A stretch of DNA of 64,000 bases from positions 1,175,112 to 1,239,111 of the forward strand of contig CBDFIU010000004.1 of NCBI GenBank assembly GCA_965248235.1. Reading direction: 5' to 3'. Within the stretch, counting starts at the first letter, position 1. Each line of letters begins with the position of its first letter. The DNA comes from Bryobacterales bacterium. Its GTDB lineage: Bacteria > Acidobacteriota > Terriglobia > Bryobacterales > UBA6623. Under the pieces are notes generated by a model. The model had not been told where the DNA came from and searched no databases. It saw only the letters and a list, made by a program, of their open reading frames with translations. Of this stretch, positions 9,183 to 19,100 are shown in pieces. Position numbers and translations under genes: made by a program.

Positions 9183-10813
9183 TCAGACGGAGCGCTCGAC
9201 CTCCAATTGAAACGACCGGGCTTGGCGACCGGTCGGTTGCCTAGACCGGAAAGATCGCTGTTGGCGGCGTCCGCCTTGCTGCTGATGGTGCGTATCTCCA
9301 TACCCGGCCGACCCATTGGAGGGGGCCGCCTGGGCCTGCAGCCCCCGGTCGGCGAGCGATTCGAAGAGCCGCGGCAATGTGTCGTTGATCAGGTTTCCCG
9401 TGCGCCCCCTGTCTGTGCGCACGATGGTGTCGATGAACCCGGCTCGTTCGACCAAACGTAGAGAGAGTCGCCCGAGACGGCTGTCACGCAAGAGGATATT
9501 CATTTGCGTGGATGAGGATTGGCGCTGAAGAGCCGCCATTTCGACGAACCGCTCAACAGCCTCGGCCCCTTCGTTGGCGGACGGAGGAGCCGTAGCGGCG
9601 CGCGACATTGGCAGAGGGTCTTGGCCGGGCTTTGGCGCGGGTTGCGAAAGCACGGCCTCTCCGCCGGCGGGCCGTGATTCCAAGTAATTCGTGGGAGAAC
9701 CGGAGTTGTGCCCTGGGAGCACGGTTGCGGGCGATCGATCGGGCCGAGGCGATTGGGGGCGCTGGCGAGGCTGCCCGCATCTTCGGCTCGACCGGCGGAA
9801 AGATCGTCGGACTCTCCAGGAGTGAGGCGGTGACTGGTACTGAGTTTTCCACAAGAAGCGATCCCGGCCTTTGATGGGTGATCGAGTCTGGAGGAAGAGA
9901 TCCGCGGGAGCCGGAGACCGCCTCTTCAATCTGCTCGAAACGGGTCGGCACGGAAGACGCCGTAGCGGACGAGACCGGGGCGGACGGGGCCGGCGCGGAC
10001 GCGGCCGGGGCCGGGGCGGATGGGGCCGGGGCCGGCGCGGATGGGGCCGCGGCCCGGGGCGGATGGGGCCGCGGCGGACGGGGCCGGCGCGGACCGAATC
10101 ACCGGGGGGGGCAGGCGCCCCTTTCGGTCCGATCGAGTTTTGGTCCCGTCTCCAACCATCTGAAAGCTCGAATCGACGCGGTTGGGGAGAGGAACATCCC
10201 CCTTCCCGGACCACAACCCGGCCGGAATAGCGGTTTCGTCGAAGCGTAGTCGCGGAAGCGCAACAGCGCCCCGCCCCGGCGGGGTTTCACTCGTTTCGGC
10301 GGCGCCGTCCTCCCCGAGGCTGGGGACGGCCACGGGGTCTAATGCAGGTTGCCGGTTGATCGAATTCGCGCTTCGCGTCCTCGGCGTTGGGCGCTCGGCT
10401 TCTTCGATGAGCTTCCTGGCTGTTTCGACAGCATTATGAAATGCGGAGTTGGATTCAGGTTCGGTTTCCGTCTCACGCGGCGCTTCGTCGCCGACGGCTT
10501 GAGCGCTAGCCGGTTGCTCGACTGCCCGACGATCCGTTGACCGGCCACGCGTGGGGGTACGGGTAGCCGCGTCGCTCTTATCCGCGTGTCGGTCCGGGAC
10601 CCGCTGTTTCGATGCCGTTGCCGAACCGCCGCGCTCCGGATCGGAGGCCGACGCTCCGCCGAATGACAGCGCATCTCGCGAAGTCGAGCGTCGAGCCGAG
10701 GCGGGCGAGGAGGCGTTCCCCGGCGGACGGCTTGGCGGAGGCGCCGCGGAAGCAGGGACGCCGACTGGGAGGGATAGCGGCAACGCCGCGAGATTGGGCA
10801 CGCCAACGGCCAA
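9183..10813 (-). pseudogene. fliK: Hook-length control protein FliK, readable only across three frames
   Basis: The C-terminal Flg_hook-type domain is clear (AVERFVEMAALQRQSSSTQMNILLRDSRLGRLSLRLVERAGFIDTIVRTD). The protein-like sequence runs in frame X from 10813 to about 10055. It continues in frame Y to about 9745 (AAAPSAPAPAPSAPAPAASAPAPSAPVSSATASSVPTRFEQIEEAV) and in frame Z to 9183. Low complexity limits certainty. Confidence 0.6.
9971..10095. repeat. Degenerate coding tandem repeat inside fliK (units of 15, 15, 21, 21, 22, 15, 15 nt)
   Basis: Units end in gcgga(c/t), e.g. ggggccggcgcggac and ggggccggggccggcgcggat. They encode (S/A)APAP-type repeats on the minus strand. One unit (10043-10064) is 22 nt. 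Confidence 0.8.
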
Positions 10814-10947
10814 ACGTCGAGCGTTGAAGAATCAAGTGGTTAGCCGACCCTGGGAGCGACGAAATCCTGTCAACAGACAAGATTTCCACACTTTGGTTTT
10901 GCCCCGCGTGTTGAAACTACAGCAACTTGCGGTGATCCCAAGACGGC

Positions 10948-11712
10948 ATGGCGATTGCATTCGTCGCTGCAATGGATCAAGCACTATTGACGGTTGCGGC
11001 CGGAATGAAGGCGCGTCTCGAGACGCTCGACGTTCTGGGTAACAACATTGCCAATGCCTCGACGAATGCGTTCAAGGCCGATCGAGAGTTCTATCGTCTG
11101 TTCACGACCGAGCGGACCCGCTTTGGAGGCGAAGACGACCTATTAAGTCTCATGCCGGTGGTCGAGGCGTCTATCGTCGATTTTTCGCAGGGGCCGCTGA
11201 TGGCGACGGAATCTCCGCTTGACGTCGCTTTGTCGGGTCCGGGTTTCCTGGCGGTTCGTTCACCTGGGGGGACTCTCTACACGCGCAATGGAAGTCTGCG
11301 GCGATTAGTGAGTGGCCAACTGGCGACGGTTGATGGTTATGCGGTATTGGGAACCGACCAAAAAGGGATCGTGCTGCCGGAAAACGGCGAGGTACGGATC
11401 GAGCCCGACGGGCGGGTGCTTGTGGACGGGCTGGAAGCCGGCCAACTACGAGTAGTCGAATTCGAGGCGCCGAGGGCGCTTTCGAAGTCAGGGAATAACT
11501 ATTTCACCGCGGGCGAAGCCGCGGCGCCAAAACTGGCCGAGAGCACGGGCGTTCTGCAAGGGAGGCTTGAGGCCTCGAACATCAACGCCTCGGAAGAAGC
11601 GATCAACTTGATTACCGCCGGCCGTCACTTCGAGATGATGCGGCACATCGCGTCGCTGATCGGAGAGCAGATGAACGGTCGAGCGGTCGATGAATTGGGC
11701 CGAACGTCGTAG
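10948..11712 (+). CDS. flgF: Flagellar proximal rod protein FlgF
   Basis: The N-terminal rod motif (LETLDVLGNNIANASTNAFKADRE) and C-terminal motif (LQGRLEASNINASEEAINLITAGRHFEMM) are present. It lies immediately upstream of flgG. An alternative start is ATG 10972. Confidence 0.85.
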   Translation: MAIAFVAAMDQALLTVAAGMKARLETLDVLGNNIANASTNAFKADREFYRLFTTERTRFGGEDDLLSLMPVVEASIVDFSQGPLMATESPLDVALSGPGFLAVRSPGGTLYTRNGSLRRLVSGQLATVDGYAVLGTDQKGIVLPENGEVRIEPDGRVLVDGLEAGQLRVVEFEAPRALSKSGNNYFTAGEAAAPKLAESTGVLQGRLEASNINASEEAINLITAGRHFEMMRHIASLIGEQMNGRAVDELGRTS

Positions 11713-11774
11713 CGGAAACCGACGCGACAACTTGCGATTATCGACTCGCGGCCCATCGCAACAAAGGAGTTTTC

Positions 11775-12566
11775 ATGATTCGAGCACTTTTCAGCGCCGC
11801 CAGCGGCATGATCGCTCAGCAGATGAGCATTGACAATATCGCGAATAATCTCGCGAACGCCAACACCACTGGTTTCAAGCAGCGGCGCGTGCAGTTTCAA
11901 GATTTGCTTTATCAGAATTTGGTGGCGCCGGGTACGCAAGCCGGTCAACAGACGGTAGTGCCGTCGGGATTGCAGCTCGGTTTGGGGACACGCGTGGTTT
12001 CGAACGAAGTCATCTTCAAGCAGGGTGATTTCGTATCGACCACCAACCCGCTCGATGTCGTCATTCAGGGCAAGGGATTCTTTCAAGTAAGGCTGCCGAG
12101 TGGTGAATTGGCCTATACGCGGGCGGGGGCATTTCATGTCGACCGCGATGGGAACTTCGTGACTCCGAACGGCGACCCCCTCGAGCCGAACATCACGATT
12201 CCTCGAGAGGCTCTTGACATAATGATCGCCTCCGACGGCACCGTTAGCTATACGCAAGTCGGGCAGATCGAAGCGCAGCAGGGCGGCATCATTCAGCTAG
12301 CCGGTTTCCAAAACCCGGCCGGGCTGCTGGCGTTGGGAAAGAATCTGTTTCAGCCGACGCAGGCATTGGGCGATCCGGCGGTCGGATTGCCCGGCGGACA
12401 GGACGGACTGGGCAGTTTGCAGCAGGGGTTTCTTGAGAATTCCAACGTCAGCGTGGTCGAGGAATTCATCGCCATGATCATGAGCCAGCGCGCTTATGAA
12501 GCCAATGCCCGTGTTGTTCGTACGGCGGATGAGATGTACCAGGAAGCCAATTCGTTGAGCCGCTAG
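11775..12566 (+). CDS. flgG: Flagellar distal rod protein FlgG
   Basis: 263 aa: MIRALFSAASGMIAQQMSIDNIANNLANANTTGFKQRR...GFLENSNVSVVEEFIAMIMSQRAYEANARVVRTADEMYQEANSL. Confidence 0.93.
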   Translation: MIRALFSAASGMIAQQMSIDNIANNLANANTTGFKQRRVQFQDLLYQNLVAPGTQAGQQTVVPSGLQLGLGTRVVSNEVIFKQGDFVSTTNPLDVVIQGKGFFQVRLPSGELAYTRAGAFHVDRDGNFVTPNGDPLEPNITIPREALDIMIASDGTVSYTQVGQIEAQQGGIIQLAGFQNPAGLLALGKNLFQPTQALGDPAVGLPGGQDGLGSLQQGFLENSNVSVVEEFIAMIMSQRAYEANARVVRTADEMYQEANSLSR

Positions 12567-12580
12567 CTCAAGGAGGGGTC

Positions 12581-13570
12581 GTGAGTAAATTGATTTCCTT
12601 GACGAAAGCATCGGTGAGGTTTTTTGGCCGGCAGCGAAAATGGATTCGCCCCACGAGGGCGGTGTTTCTTGCCTTATTGACGTGCGGCGTCGTGTCGGCG
12701 TCGGAAACGGTTCGTCTGGCTCTTGACCACGACCGTGTAACGGCGGGCGACCTGGCTTCGGTTCTGCCGGGTTGGGGTGAGGTCGAACCCGCCCAGATGA
12801 TCGCCTATGCTCCGCTGCCCGGCATCGAACGGCGAGTGGGCGCAAGCCGCCTGATGGGCTGGGGGCGTCGCTTCGGCGTTGATCTGACCAGGGATGAAAT
12901 GCCCGAGGTGCTTTTGATCTCCCGTCACATGAGGACACTCGGACCGGCCGAGGCGGAGGAGCGGCTGCGTGAAGCCGTGGCCTCTTACTATCGCATCGAG
13001 CCGGGGACTGTCGAAGTAGTGCTCGTGGGATTCGAGGAGCTTCGCGTGCCTTCCGGTGATCTGAGCTTCGAAGCCGCCGGTTCATTCCAACGGTTGAATC
13101 GGCCCTCGTCGGTGGCGCTGCGATGGCGCGAGGAAGGTGGTCGCGGGGGAACACTCTGGCTACACGCGACGATTTCGATTGTCGGGCGATATGCCATAGC
13201 CCGGGAGAAGCTTCACGCCAAGGTCCCGCTGCGCTCCGAGGACTTCGAGTTTCGCGAAGGCCCCTTGCCGGGTAATCCTGAGAAATTTCTCATTTCACAT
13301 GAAGCAGTTGACGGAATGTCCTTGAAGTATTCATTGAATCGCGGAGACGCCTTAAGGACCGATCTATTGGTCAAGAATCGGGCGGTTCGCCGCGGGGATT
13401 TAATCGAGCTCCAGCTACGCTCGGGCCTGATTATGCTGCGGGTGCCGGGGCGCGCCGAGGAGGCCGCCGCCGTGGGTGACGTCATCGCGTGCCGCAACCT
13501 GGAGTCGGGTAGCCGGGTGTCGGCGCGTGTGTTGGATTCCAATCACGCCGAAGTGGAGTGGGCCCGATGA
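12581..13570 (+). CDS. flgA: P-ring assembly chaperone FlgA
   Basis: Signal/TM N-terminus plus a C-terminal FlgA-type beta domain (RGDLIELQLRSGLIMLRVPGRAEEAAAVGDVIACRNLESGSRVSARV). Position is between flgG and flgH. Confidence 0.78.
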   Translation: MSKLISLTKASVRFFGRQRKWIRPTRAVFLALLTCGVVSASETVRLALDHDRVTAGDLASVLPGWGEVEPAQMIAYAPLPGIERRVGASRLMGWGRRFGVDLTRDEMPEVLLISRHMRTLGPAEAEERLREAVASYYRIEPGTVEVVLVGFEELRVPSGDLSFEAAGSFQRLNRPSSVALRWREEGGRGGTLWLHATISIVGRYAIAREKLHAKVPLRSEDFEFREGPLPGNPEKFLISHEAVDGMSLKYSLNRGDALRTDLLVKNRAVRRGDLIELQLRSGLIMLRVPGRAEEAAAVGDVIACRNLESGSRVSARVLDSNHAEVEWAR

Positions 13571-14283
13571 GGGAGAGAAGTCGGGGGGCTAACTCGCGGA
13601 TCCGTGGGCGGTCGGCGGCTTGGATCGTGGTTTTGTGCGGAGTCGCGGCCGGCGTTTGCGCTGGGCAGTCGAGCGAGCAGACCCTGGAGCGGCACATTCA
13701 AGAATCGTTGAACTCGTCGGGCGGCGGGCGCTCTTCGAAAGGGTCGCTCTTCAACAGCCGGTCTTATCTGGCCGAATTGGGAAGGGACCCCAAAGCGGCG
13801 GTCGCTGGAGACTTGATCACGATTCGCGTCATCGAGCAAGCCAGCGCGTTGAGCAGCGGGTCGACATCATCTTCGCGGACGTCGGATGCGTCGAGTAGCG
13901 TTTCATCGTTGTTTGGGGTGCTGAATCCGGCGGGGGCGTTGGCGAATCTGGCACAGCACTCCGGGGAATCGACCCTTGACGGACGGGGAAGCACGACCCG
14001 GCAAACCAGCGTGACGGCGACGATCACAGCCCACGTTACGCATGTCATGCCCAGCGGAAACTTGGTGATTGAAGGCATTAAGGAAGTGATCGTAAATTCT
14101 GAAAAACAAACTGTTTGGATGAGAGGAATAGTCCGTCCCACCGATCTGGCCGCCGACAACAGCGTGCGGTCGGACCGAGTAGCGATGATGGAACTCCGCA
14201 TCAACGGCAAGGGTATTGTGAACGACGCTATACGCCGGCCGAACATATTGATGCGCGTCCTGAAAAAGATATTGCCGTTTTAG
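13558..14283 (+). CDS. flgH: Flagellar L-ring protein FlgH
   Basis: DLITIRVIEQASALSSG...ITAHVTHVMPSGNLVIEGIKEVIVNSEKQTVWMRGIVRPTDLAADNSV. An N-terminal signal with Cys is present. The start is uncertain (overlaps the flgA end). Confidence 0.87.
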   Translation: MGPMRERSRGANSRIRGRSAAWIVVLCGVAAGVCAGQSSEQTLERHIQESLNSSGGGRSSKGSLFNSRSYLAELGRDPKAAVAGDLITIRVIEQASALSSGSTSSSRTSDASSSVSSLFGVLNPAGALANLAQHSGESTLDGRGSTTRQTSVTATITAHVTHVMPSGNLVIEGIKEVIVNSEKQTVWMRGIVRPTDLAADNSVRSDRVAMMELRINGKGIVNDAIRRPNILMRVLKKILPF

Positions 14284-14284
14284 C

Positions 14285-14395
14285 TCCGTGTCGCCGAATC
14301 ACGTTTTGGCCGGGCTGAGCCGTGATTCGGAGCAACGTAATTCGGCGGCACGGCGACACGTAATTCGGCGAAACGTACCCAGTCGACACGAAAAA
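14285..14395. repeat. Family-1 short repeats plus hairpin in the flgH-flgI spacer
   Basis: 14285-14303 is the exact reverse complement of cgtgattcggcgacacgga at 3992-4010. A perfect 10-bp inverted repeat (ccgaatcacg 14294-14303 / cgtgattcgg 14321-14330) has a 17-nt loop. Degenerate ~15-nt units follow (attcggcggcacgg, cgacacgtaattcggcgaaacgtaccc). Confidence 0.7.
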
Positions 14396-14397
14396 CC

Positions 14398-15495
14398 ATG
14401 ACTTTGCTCAAACCGATGATTCCACTGCTTCTGCTGGCGACGCTTGCGCTGCCGGCTCCGGCCGCTCGCCTCAAGGATCTGGTATCCATTGAGGGTGTGC
14501 GTGACAACATGTTGATTGGATACGGGTTGGTCGTTGGACTCAATGGGACGGGTGACCGCCAGCAGACCGTTTTTTCAGCACAGAATTTGTCCAACCTATT
14601 ACAGAAAATGGGCGTCAACGTCGCACCTACCGCCCTGCGGGTCAACAACGTGGCCGCGGTGATGGTGACGGCCAACCTGCCGCCGTTTGCCACGCCGGGA
14701 ACGAAGATCGACTTGACCGTTTCCTCGATCGGCGACGCCGCGACATTGCAGGGCGGCACGCTGTTGCTGACTTCGATGAAGGCCGCGAATGGCGAAGTCT
14801 ACGCCGTCGGTCAGGGACCAGTGTCGATCGGAGGTTTCAGCGCGGGAACCGGCGGAACCGGAGTGCAGGTCAATCATCCGACCGTAGGACGCGTTCCCAT
14901 GGGTGCGACGGTCGAGAGGCCCGCCCCAACGGTTGAGCCGAATCCCGCCGGTTTCCGTTTGCAATTGCGGCGGCCTGATTTCGTGACAGCTTCGCGGTTG
15001 ACCGAAGTGTTGAACGGAAAGTTCGCCGGCACGGTGGCGAAGGCCGAAAACTCCGCCACGGTGTTGGTGACGATGCCCCAGGACTTCCGCGCTTACCCGG
15101 TCGAATTCATCGCGGCCATCGACGGCCTCGACGTGCCGACCGACAGGACGGCCGCGGTTGTGCTCAACGAGCGGACCGGAACGGTCGTCATCGGCAGCGA
15201 CGTGAGGGTCGCGCCCGTGGCGGTATTGCACGGGAATCTCACCGTCCAAGTCGTAACCGACTACGCCGTGTCGCAACCGGGACCGCTGTCGGGCGGACAA
15301 ACCGCGATCACACCGCAAGTCGGCGTGGAGGTGACCGAGGAGCAGGCGAGGCAAGTTTCGTTAAGAGAAGGAGCGAACGTCGAAGAGCTCGTCAAAGCCT
15401 TGATGTCGATCGGCTCGACGCCGCGCGACATCATCGCCATCATGCAGAGCATCGCCGCCGCAGGGGCGCTTGATGCCCGGCTGGAGGTGATCTGA
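14398..15495 (+). CDS. flgI: Flagellar P-ring protein FlgI
   Basis: 365 aa with a signal peptide, then RLKDLVSIEGVRDNMLIGYGLVVGLNGTGD...ANVEELVKALMSIGSTPRDIIAIMQSIAAAGALDARLEVI. Confidence 0.93.
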   Translation: MTLLKPMIPLLLLATLALPAPAARLKDLVSIEGVRDNMLIGYGLVVGLNGTGDRQQTVFSAQNLSNLLQKMGVNVAPTALRVNNVAAVMVTANLPPFATPGTKIDLTVSSIGDAATLQGGTLLLTSMKAANGEVYAVGQGPVSIGGFSAGTGGTGVQVNHPTVGRVPMGATVERPAPTVEPNPAGFRLQLRRPDFVTASRLTEVLNGKFAGTVAKAENSATVLVTMPQDFRAYPVEFIAAIDGLDVPTDRTAAVVLNERTGTVVIGSDVRVAPVAVLHGNLTVQVVTDYAVSQPGPLSGGQTAITPQVGVEVTEEQARQVSLREGANVEELVKALMSIGSTPRDIIAIMQSIAAAGALDARLEVI

Positions 15496-15499
15496 TTGG

Positions 15500-15530
15500 C
15501 CGTGAGCCGTGAGCGGTGAACCGTGAACCG
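15500..15530. repeat. Family-2 short repeat (CGTGARC heptamers) just 3' of flgI
   Basis: ccgtgagccgtgagcggtgaaccgtgaaccg. Related strings occur at 16007-16035 and 25206-25229, and inverted at 15641-15700. Confidence 0.65.
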
Positions 15531-15640
15531 AAGATGCTGCTGATCGGTTCCGGTATGGAATTCCGGGAAGCGTCGAGGTTACAGCGTCCGGGGCTCACCA
15601 CAACGGCAGGCACCACGCCGCGGCCGGAAGCGAGCGCTAG

Positions 15641-15700
15641 GTCGGCTGACGGTTAACGACTCACTGGTAATGGTTCACGATTAACCGCTAATCGCTCACG
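15641..15700. repeat. Family-2 short repeat, inverted orientation
   Basis: gtcggctgacggttaacgactcac (15641-15664) matches the reverse complement of 25206-25229 at 21 of 24 nt. It is followed by ggttcacg, ttaaccg and gctcacg, the complements of the heptamers at 15500-15530. Confidence 0.6.
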
Positions 15701-15709
15701 ACGCAAGCC

Positions 15710-16012
15710 ATGTCCATAATCGTCAACATTCCGAACCCAGCTGTCTCCTTATCCCCGCAAGGGGCGAAAAACTCTTCCGACCAGAGCCGCCAACGACTTG
15801 AAGCCGCCGCGAAGGAATTCGAGGCGATGATGATTCAGCAGTTGCTCAAGACGGCTCGCCAAGCCGGACGCCTCTACGAAAGCGCAGACGAAATGACCGA
15901 AGGCGAAGGCTACCTTGAGCTCGCCGAGCAGCAATTCGCCAAGGTCCTTGCCGAGAAGGGAACCTTCGGTTTCGCTCGCCTGCTGGTGAAAGATGTTCCG
16001 ATGGAACGGTGA
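15710..16012 (+). CDS. Rod-binding protein (FlgJ N-terminal domain only, no muramidase domain)
   Basis: 100 aa with the AAKEFEAMMIQQLLKTARQ motif typical of the FlgJ rod-binding domain. It is the last gene of the flgF-I operon. Confidence 0.7.
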   Translation: MSIIVNIPNPAVSLSPQGAKNSSDQSRQRLEAAAKEFEAMMIQQLLKTARQAGRLYESADEMTEGEGYLELAEQQFAKVLAEKGTFGFARLLVKDVPMER

Positions 16013-16035
16013 ACCCTTAACCGTGAGCCGATCGG
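16007..16035. repeat. Family-2 short repeat overlapping the stop of the rod-binding gene
   Basis: cggtgaacccttaaccgtgagccgatcgg, preceded by gatgttccg as at 25198-25206. Confidence 0.55.
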
Positions 16036-16142
16036 CGGCGGCTCCGCATGCCGGCGCGCCGCATTGGAGACTGGTCTAAGAACTTCGGCTCATGGCTCGC
16101 GGCCACACCCAACGGGCCGCGCGGTAAAATGTTCTTAATTCA

Positions 16143-19100
16143 GTGCCAACCTCTTCCGTCAAGGCCGCGGCCGTTGTCGCCGAGAAGCCTTCTGTTGCTC
16201 GTGATCTTGCTGACATCCTCGGCGCCCACAAACGCGGCGATGGATACCGTCACGGCAATGGCTACATCGTAACCTGGGCCATCGGCCATCTAGTCGCCCT
16301 CGCCGAGCCGCATGAGATGAATGCGGACTGGCGCGTTTGGCGACGCGACACGCTGCCGCTGTTGCCAAGCGAGTGGCCGCTGGTCGTCTACGAACAGAGC
16401 CGCGACCAGTTCGAGGTCGTGCGCAGAATTCTCACGAGCCCCAAGGTCGGCCGTGTCGTCGCCGCCACGGACGCCGGCCGCGAGGGCGAACTGATTTTTC
16501 GCTACATCTACGAAGCCGCCGGTTGCAACAAAGAAGTCGACCGCTTGTGGATCTCGTCACTGACACCCGACGCGATTCGAGAAGGTTTACGCACTCTGCG
16601 GCCTTCGAGCGCCTATGACCGCCTAGCCGACGCCGCGCGCGCCCGCAGTCGCGCCGATTGGCTGGTCGGGATGAACCTCTCGCGAGCCTATACCCTTGAC
16701 TGCAATGTGAATCTTTCCGTTGGGCGTGTACAAACACCGACGCTGGCGATGTTGGTCGAGCGGGAGCTGGCGATTCGGAATTTCTTAACTGAAGATTATT
16801 TGGAAGTTTTGGCGACGTTCGAGCCAGCCGAGAAAGCTGCCGAGGACGGCGCTTATCGCGGCACGTATTTTCAGCAAGGCGCCGAGAGCGAAACGGGGAC
16901 AGAGGCGGCCTCGGAGAAACTCACCCCGGCTGAAGGTCAAGACGCGAAGTCATCCCACGAGGCGAAACGCGATACGCGGCTCCCCGCCGACGGGGAGCTT
17001 GCGCAACAGATCATCGGGCGCGCGCGGGCCGGTGATGCGCGCATCGAGTCGATCGAGCGCGAGACGAAGCGCATTGGCCCGCCGCGTTTCTACGACCTCA
17101 CCGAGTTGCAACGTCACGCGAATCGGCTCTACGGTTTCAGCGCGAAACGAACTCTCGAATTGGCACAGACGCTTTACGAAAAGCACAAGCTGCTGACCTA
17201 CCCGCGTACCGACAGCCGACATTTGTCCAAGGATGTGGCGGCGACCCTCGACCAAGTCGTCGCGGCCGTCGCCGAGCCCTATCAGGATGCGCTCGCCCCC
17301 GGGACCGGCAGCCGACCGCTGAACCGGCGCTTCGTCGACGACGCCAAGGTCAGCGATCACCACGCCATTATTCCCACGACGGTGCGGTCGTCGCTCCCGG
17401 CGGGCGGCGACGAGGCGAAGATCTACGATCTGGTTTGCCGACGTCTGCTGAGCGCTTGGCACAAGGACCACATTCTCGCGGTGACTAATGTGATCACCTC
17501 CGTGACGTCACCGGGTGAAGACGGGTCGGAACTGATGGTTGACCGCTTTTTCAGCTCCGGCACGTCGGTCGAGCAGGCGGGCTGGAAAGTGCTGGACGCT
17601 CCGTTCCCGAGAACAGGCGTTTCGTCTCGCGGGTCCGGACAGGAACCGCAACAGCAACTGCCCGCCGGACTTGCCGAAGGGCAACCGCGACTTGTGAGCG
17701 ACGCCGAGGCTGTGACGAAGAAAACTCGGCCGCCGCGGCGTTTCACGGAAGGCACGTTGCTGACGGCGATGGAATCCGCCGGGAAGACCCTCGAGGAAAA
17801 GGAGCTTTCCGACGCGATGAAAGATCGCGGGCTGGGCACCCCCGCCACGCGCGCCGCGATTATTGAAACGTTACTGCGGCGCGAATACATCGCCCGAAAG
17901 GGCAAGTCTCTCGAAGCATTGGAGAAAGGGATTCAGTTGATCGGCTCGGTGCACCCGGCGGTTAAGAGTCCGGCCATGACGGGGGAATGGGAAGCCGAAT
18001 TGCGCAAGATGGAACGCGGCGAGGTGGAGTTTGACAGCTTTATGAGGCGCATCGAAGACTATGTCCGAGAGGTTGTCGGCGGTCCGAGAGCTAAACCCTT
18101 CGAGGGCCTTCCCGCCAAGGCGATGCGTGAGCCACAAGCGGCCGCGGCGGCGCATGTGGGAACCCGCGGGGCAGCCGGTTTCGAGCAAGCGCCGGCGATT
18201 ACCGCTCCGATTCCCTCTGTCGGCCCGGGCCCGCCCGCCGACGCGAGTAACGGCCACGTTGTGCAAGCATCCGCGGGCGGGAATGTGCCTGCCCGCAATG
18301 GGAAGTGGACCGGCGATCTACTCGACCTGTTGCAATCGGCCTTCGGTTTTGAAGGGTTTCGGAAGTATCAACAGGATGTGTGCGAGGCCGTGCGGGGCGG
18401 GAGGGACGTCCTGCTGGTGATGCCGACCGGGGCCGGAAAATCGCTCTGCTACCAGCTACCCGGGTATGCCCGCGAGGGGGTGACGCTTGTAGTCAGCCCG
18501 TTGATCGCGCTGATGGAAGACCAAGTCGGGAAGCTGAAGCAGATGGGCTTTCGCGCCGAGCGCATTCATTCGGGGCGTGACCGTGAGGCGAGCCGTGAAG
18601 TTTGCTTTCGCTACCTGGCGGGTGATCTCGATTTTCTCTTTATTGCCCCGGAGCGGCTGGCGGTGCCCGGCTTTCCCGAAATGCTCGCTAAGCGCACTCC
18701 GGCGCTGATCGCCATCGACGAAGCCCATTGCATTTCCCAATGGGGACATGATTTTCGCCCCGAGTACCGGCGACTTGGGGAGCGGCTGCCGATGCTGCGG
18801 CCCGCGCCTGTGATCGCCATGACGGCGACGGCGACGCCTCTGGTCCAAGACGACATCGCCGAACAATTGGCGTTGGAAAACGGGCTGCGATCGATTCACG
18901 GTTTTCGCCGTGAAAACATCGCGGTGGAAGTGGTTGAACTGACGCCGAGTCAGCGGCCCCCGGCGGTGGCAAAATTGCTGGAGGATGCCGCGCGGCGTCC
19001 GGCGATCGTTTATGCGCCGACCAGAAAGTCGGCCGAGGCGGTGGCGGCGGAGCTATCCGCGCTGTTTCCCGCCGCCGCCTATCACGCCGGGATGCTGCCG

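Noticed and set aside
9971-10095. Possible CRISPR array (also considered for 29929-29988)
   Set aside because: The units are contiguous with no spacers, are 12-22 nt long, and lie inside coding sequence. They are coding tandem repeats, not CRISPR.
10104-10111. G8 homopolymer inside fliK as a phase-variation switch
   Set aside because: The protein-like frame reads straight through the tract. The inferred frameshift maps about 50 nt away, in the 22-nt repeat unit. A single G8 in GC-rich DNA is not unusual enough on its own.
10814-10947. Sigma54 or sigma28 flagellar promoters in the divergent fliK/flgF control region
   Set aside because: I could not find a convincing TGGCAC-N5-TTGC or TAAA-N15-GCCGATAA match. 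Only fragments such as gccgac are present, so no promoter is called.
16480-16510. Topo III TOPRIM motif reads D-A-G (ATDAGREGE) rather than DxD, suggesting an inactive topoisomerase half
   Set aside because: The catalytic Tyr, the TOPRIM Glu and the rest of the acidic cluster are present. From memory, DAGREGE-type motifs occur in apparently functional Topo III-family proteins. This is insufficient to call it inactive, and an alignment is needed.
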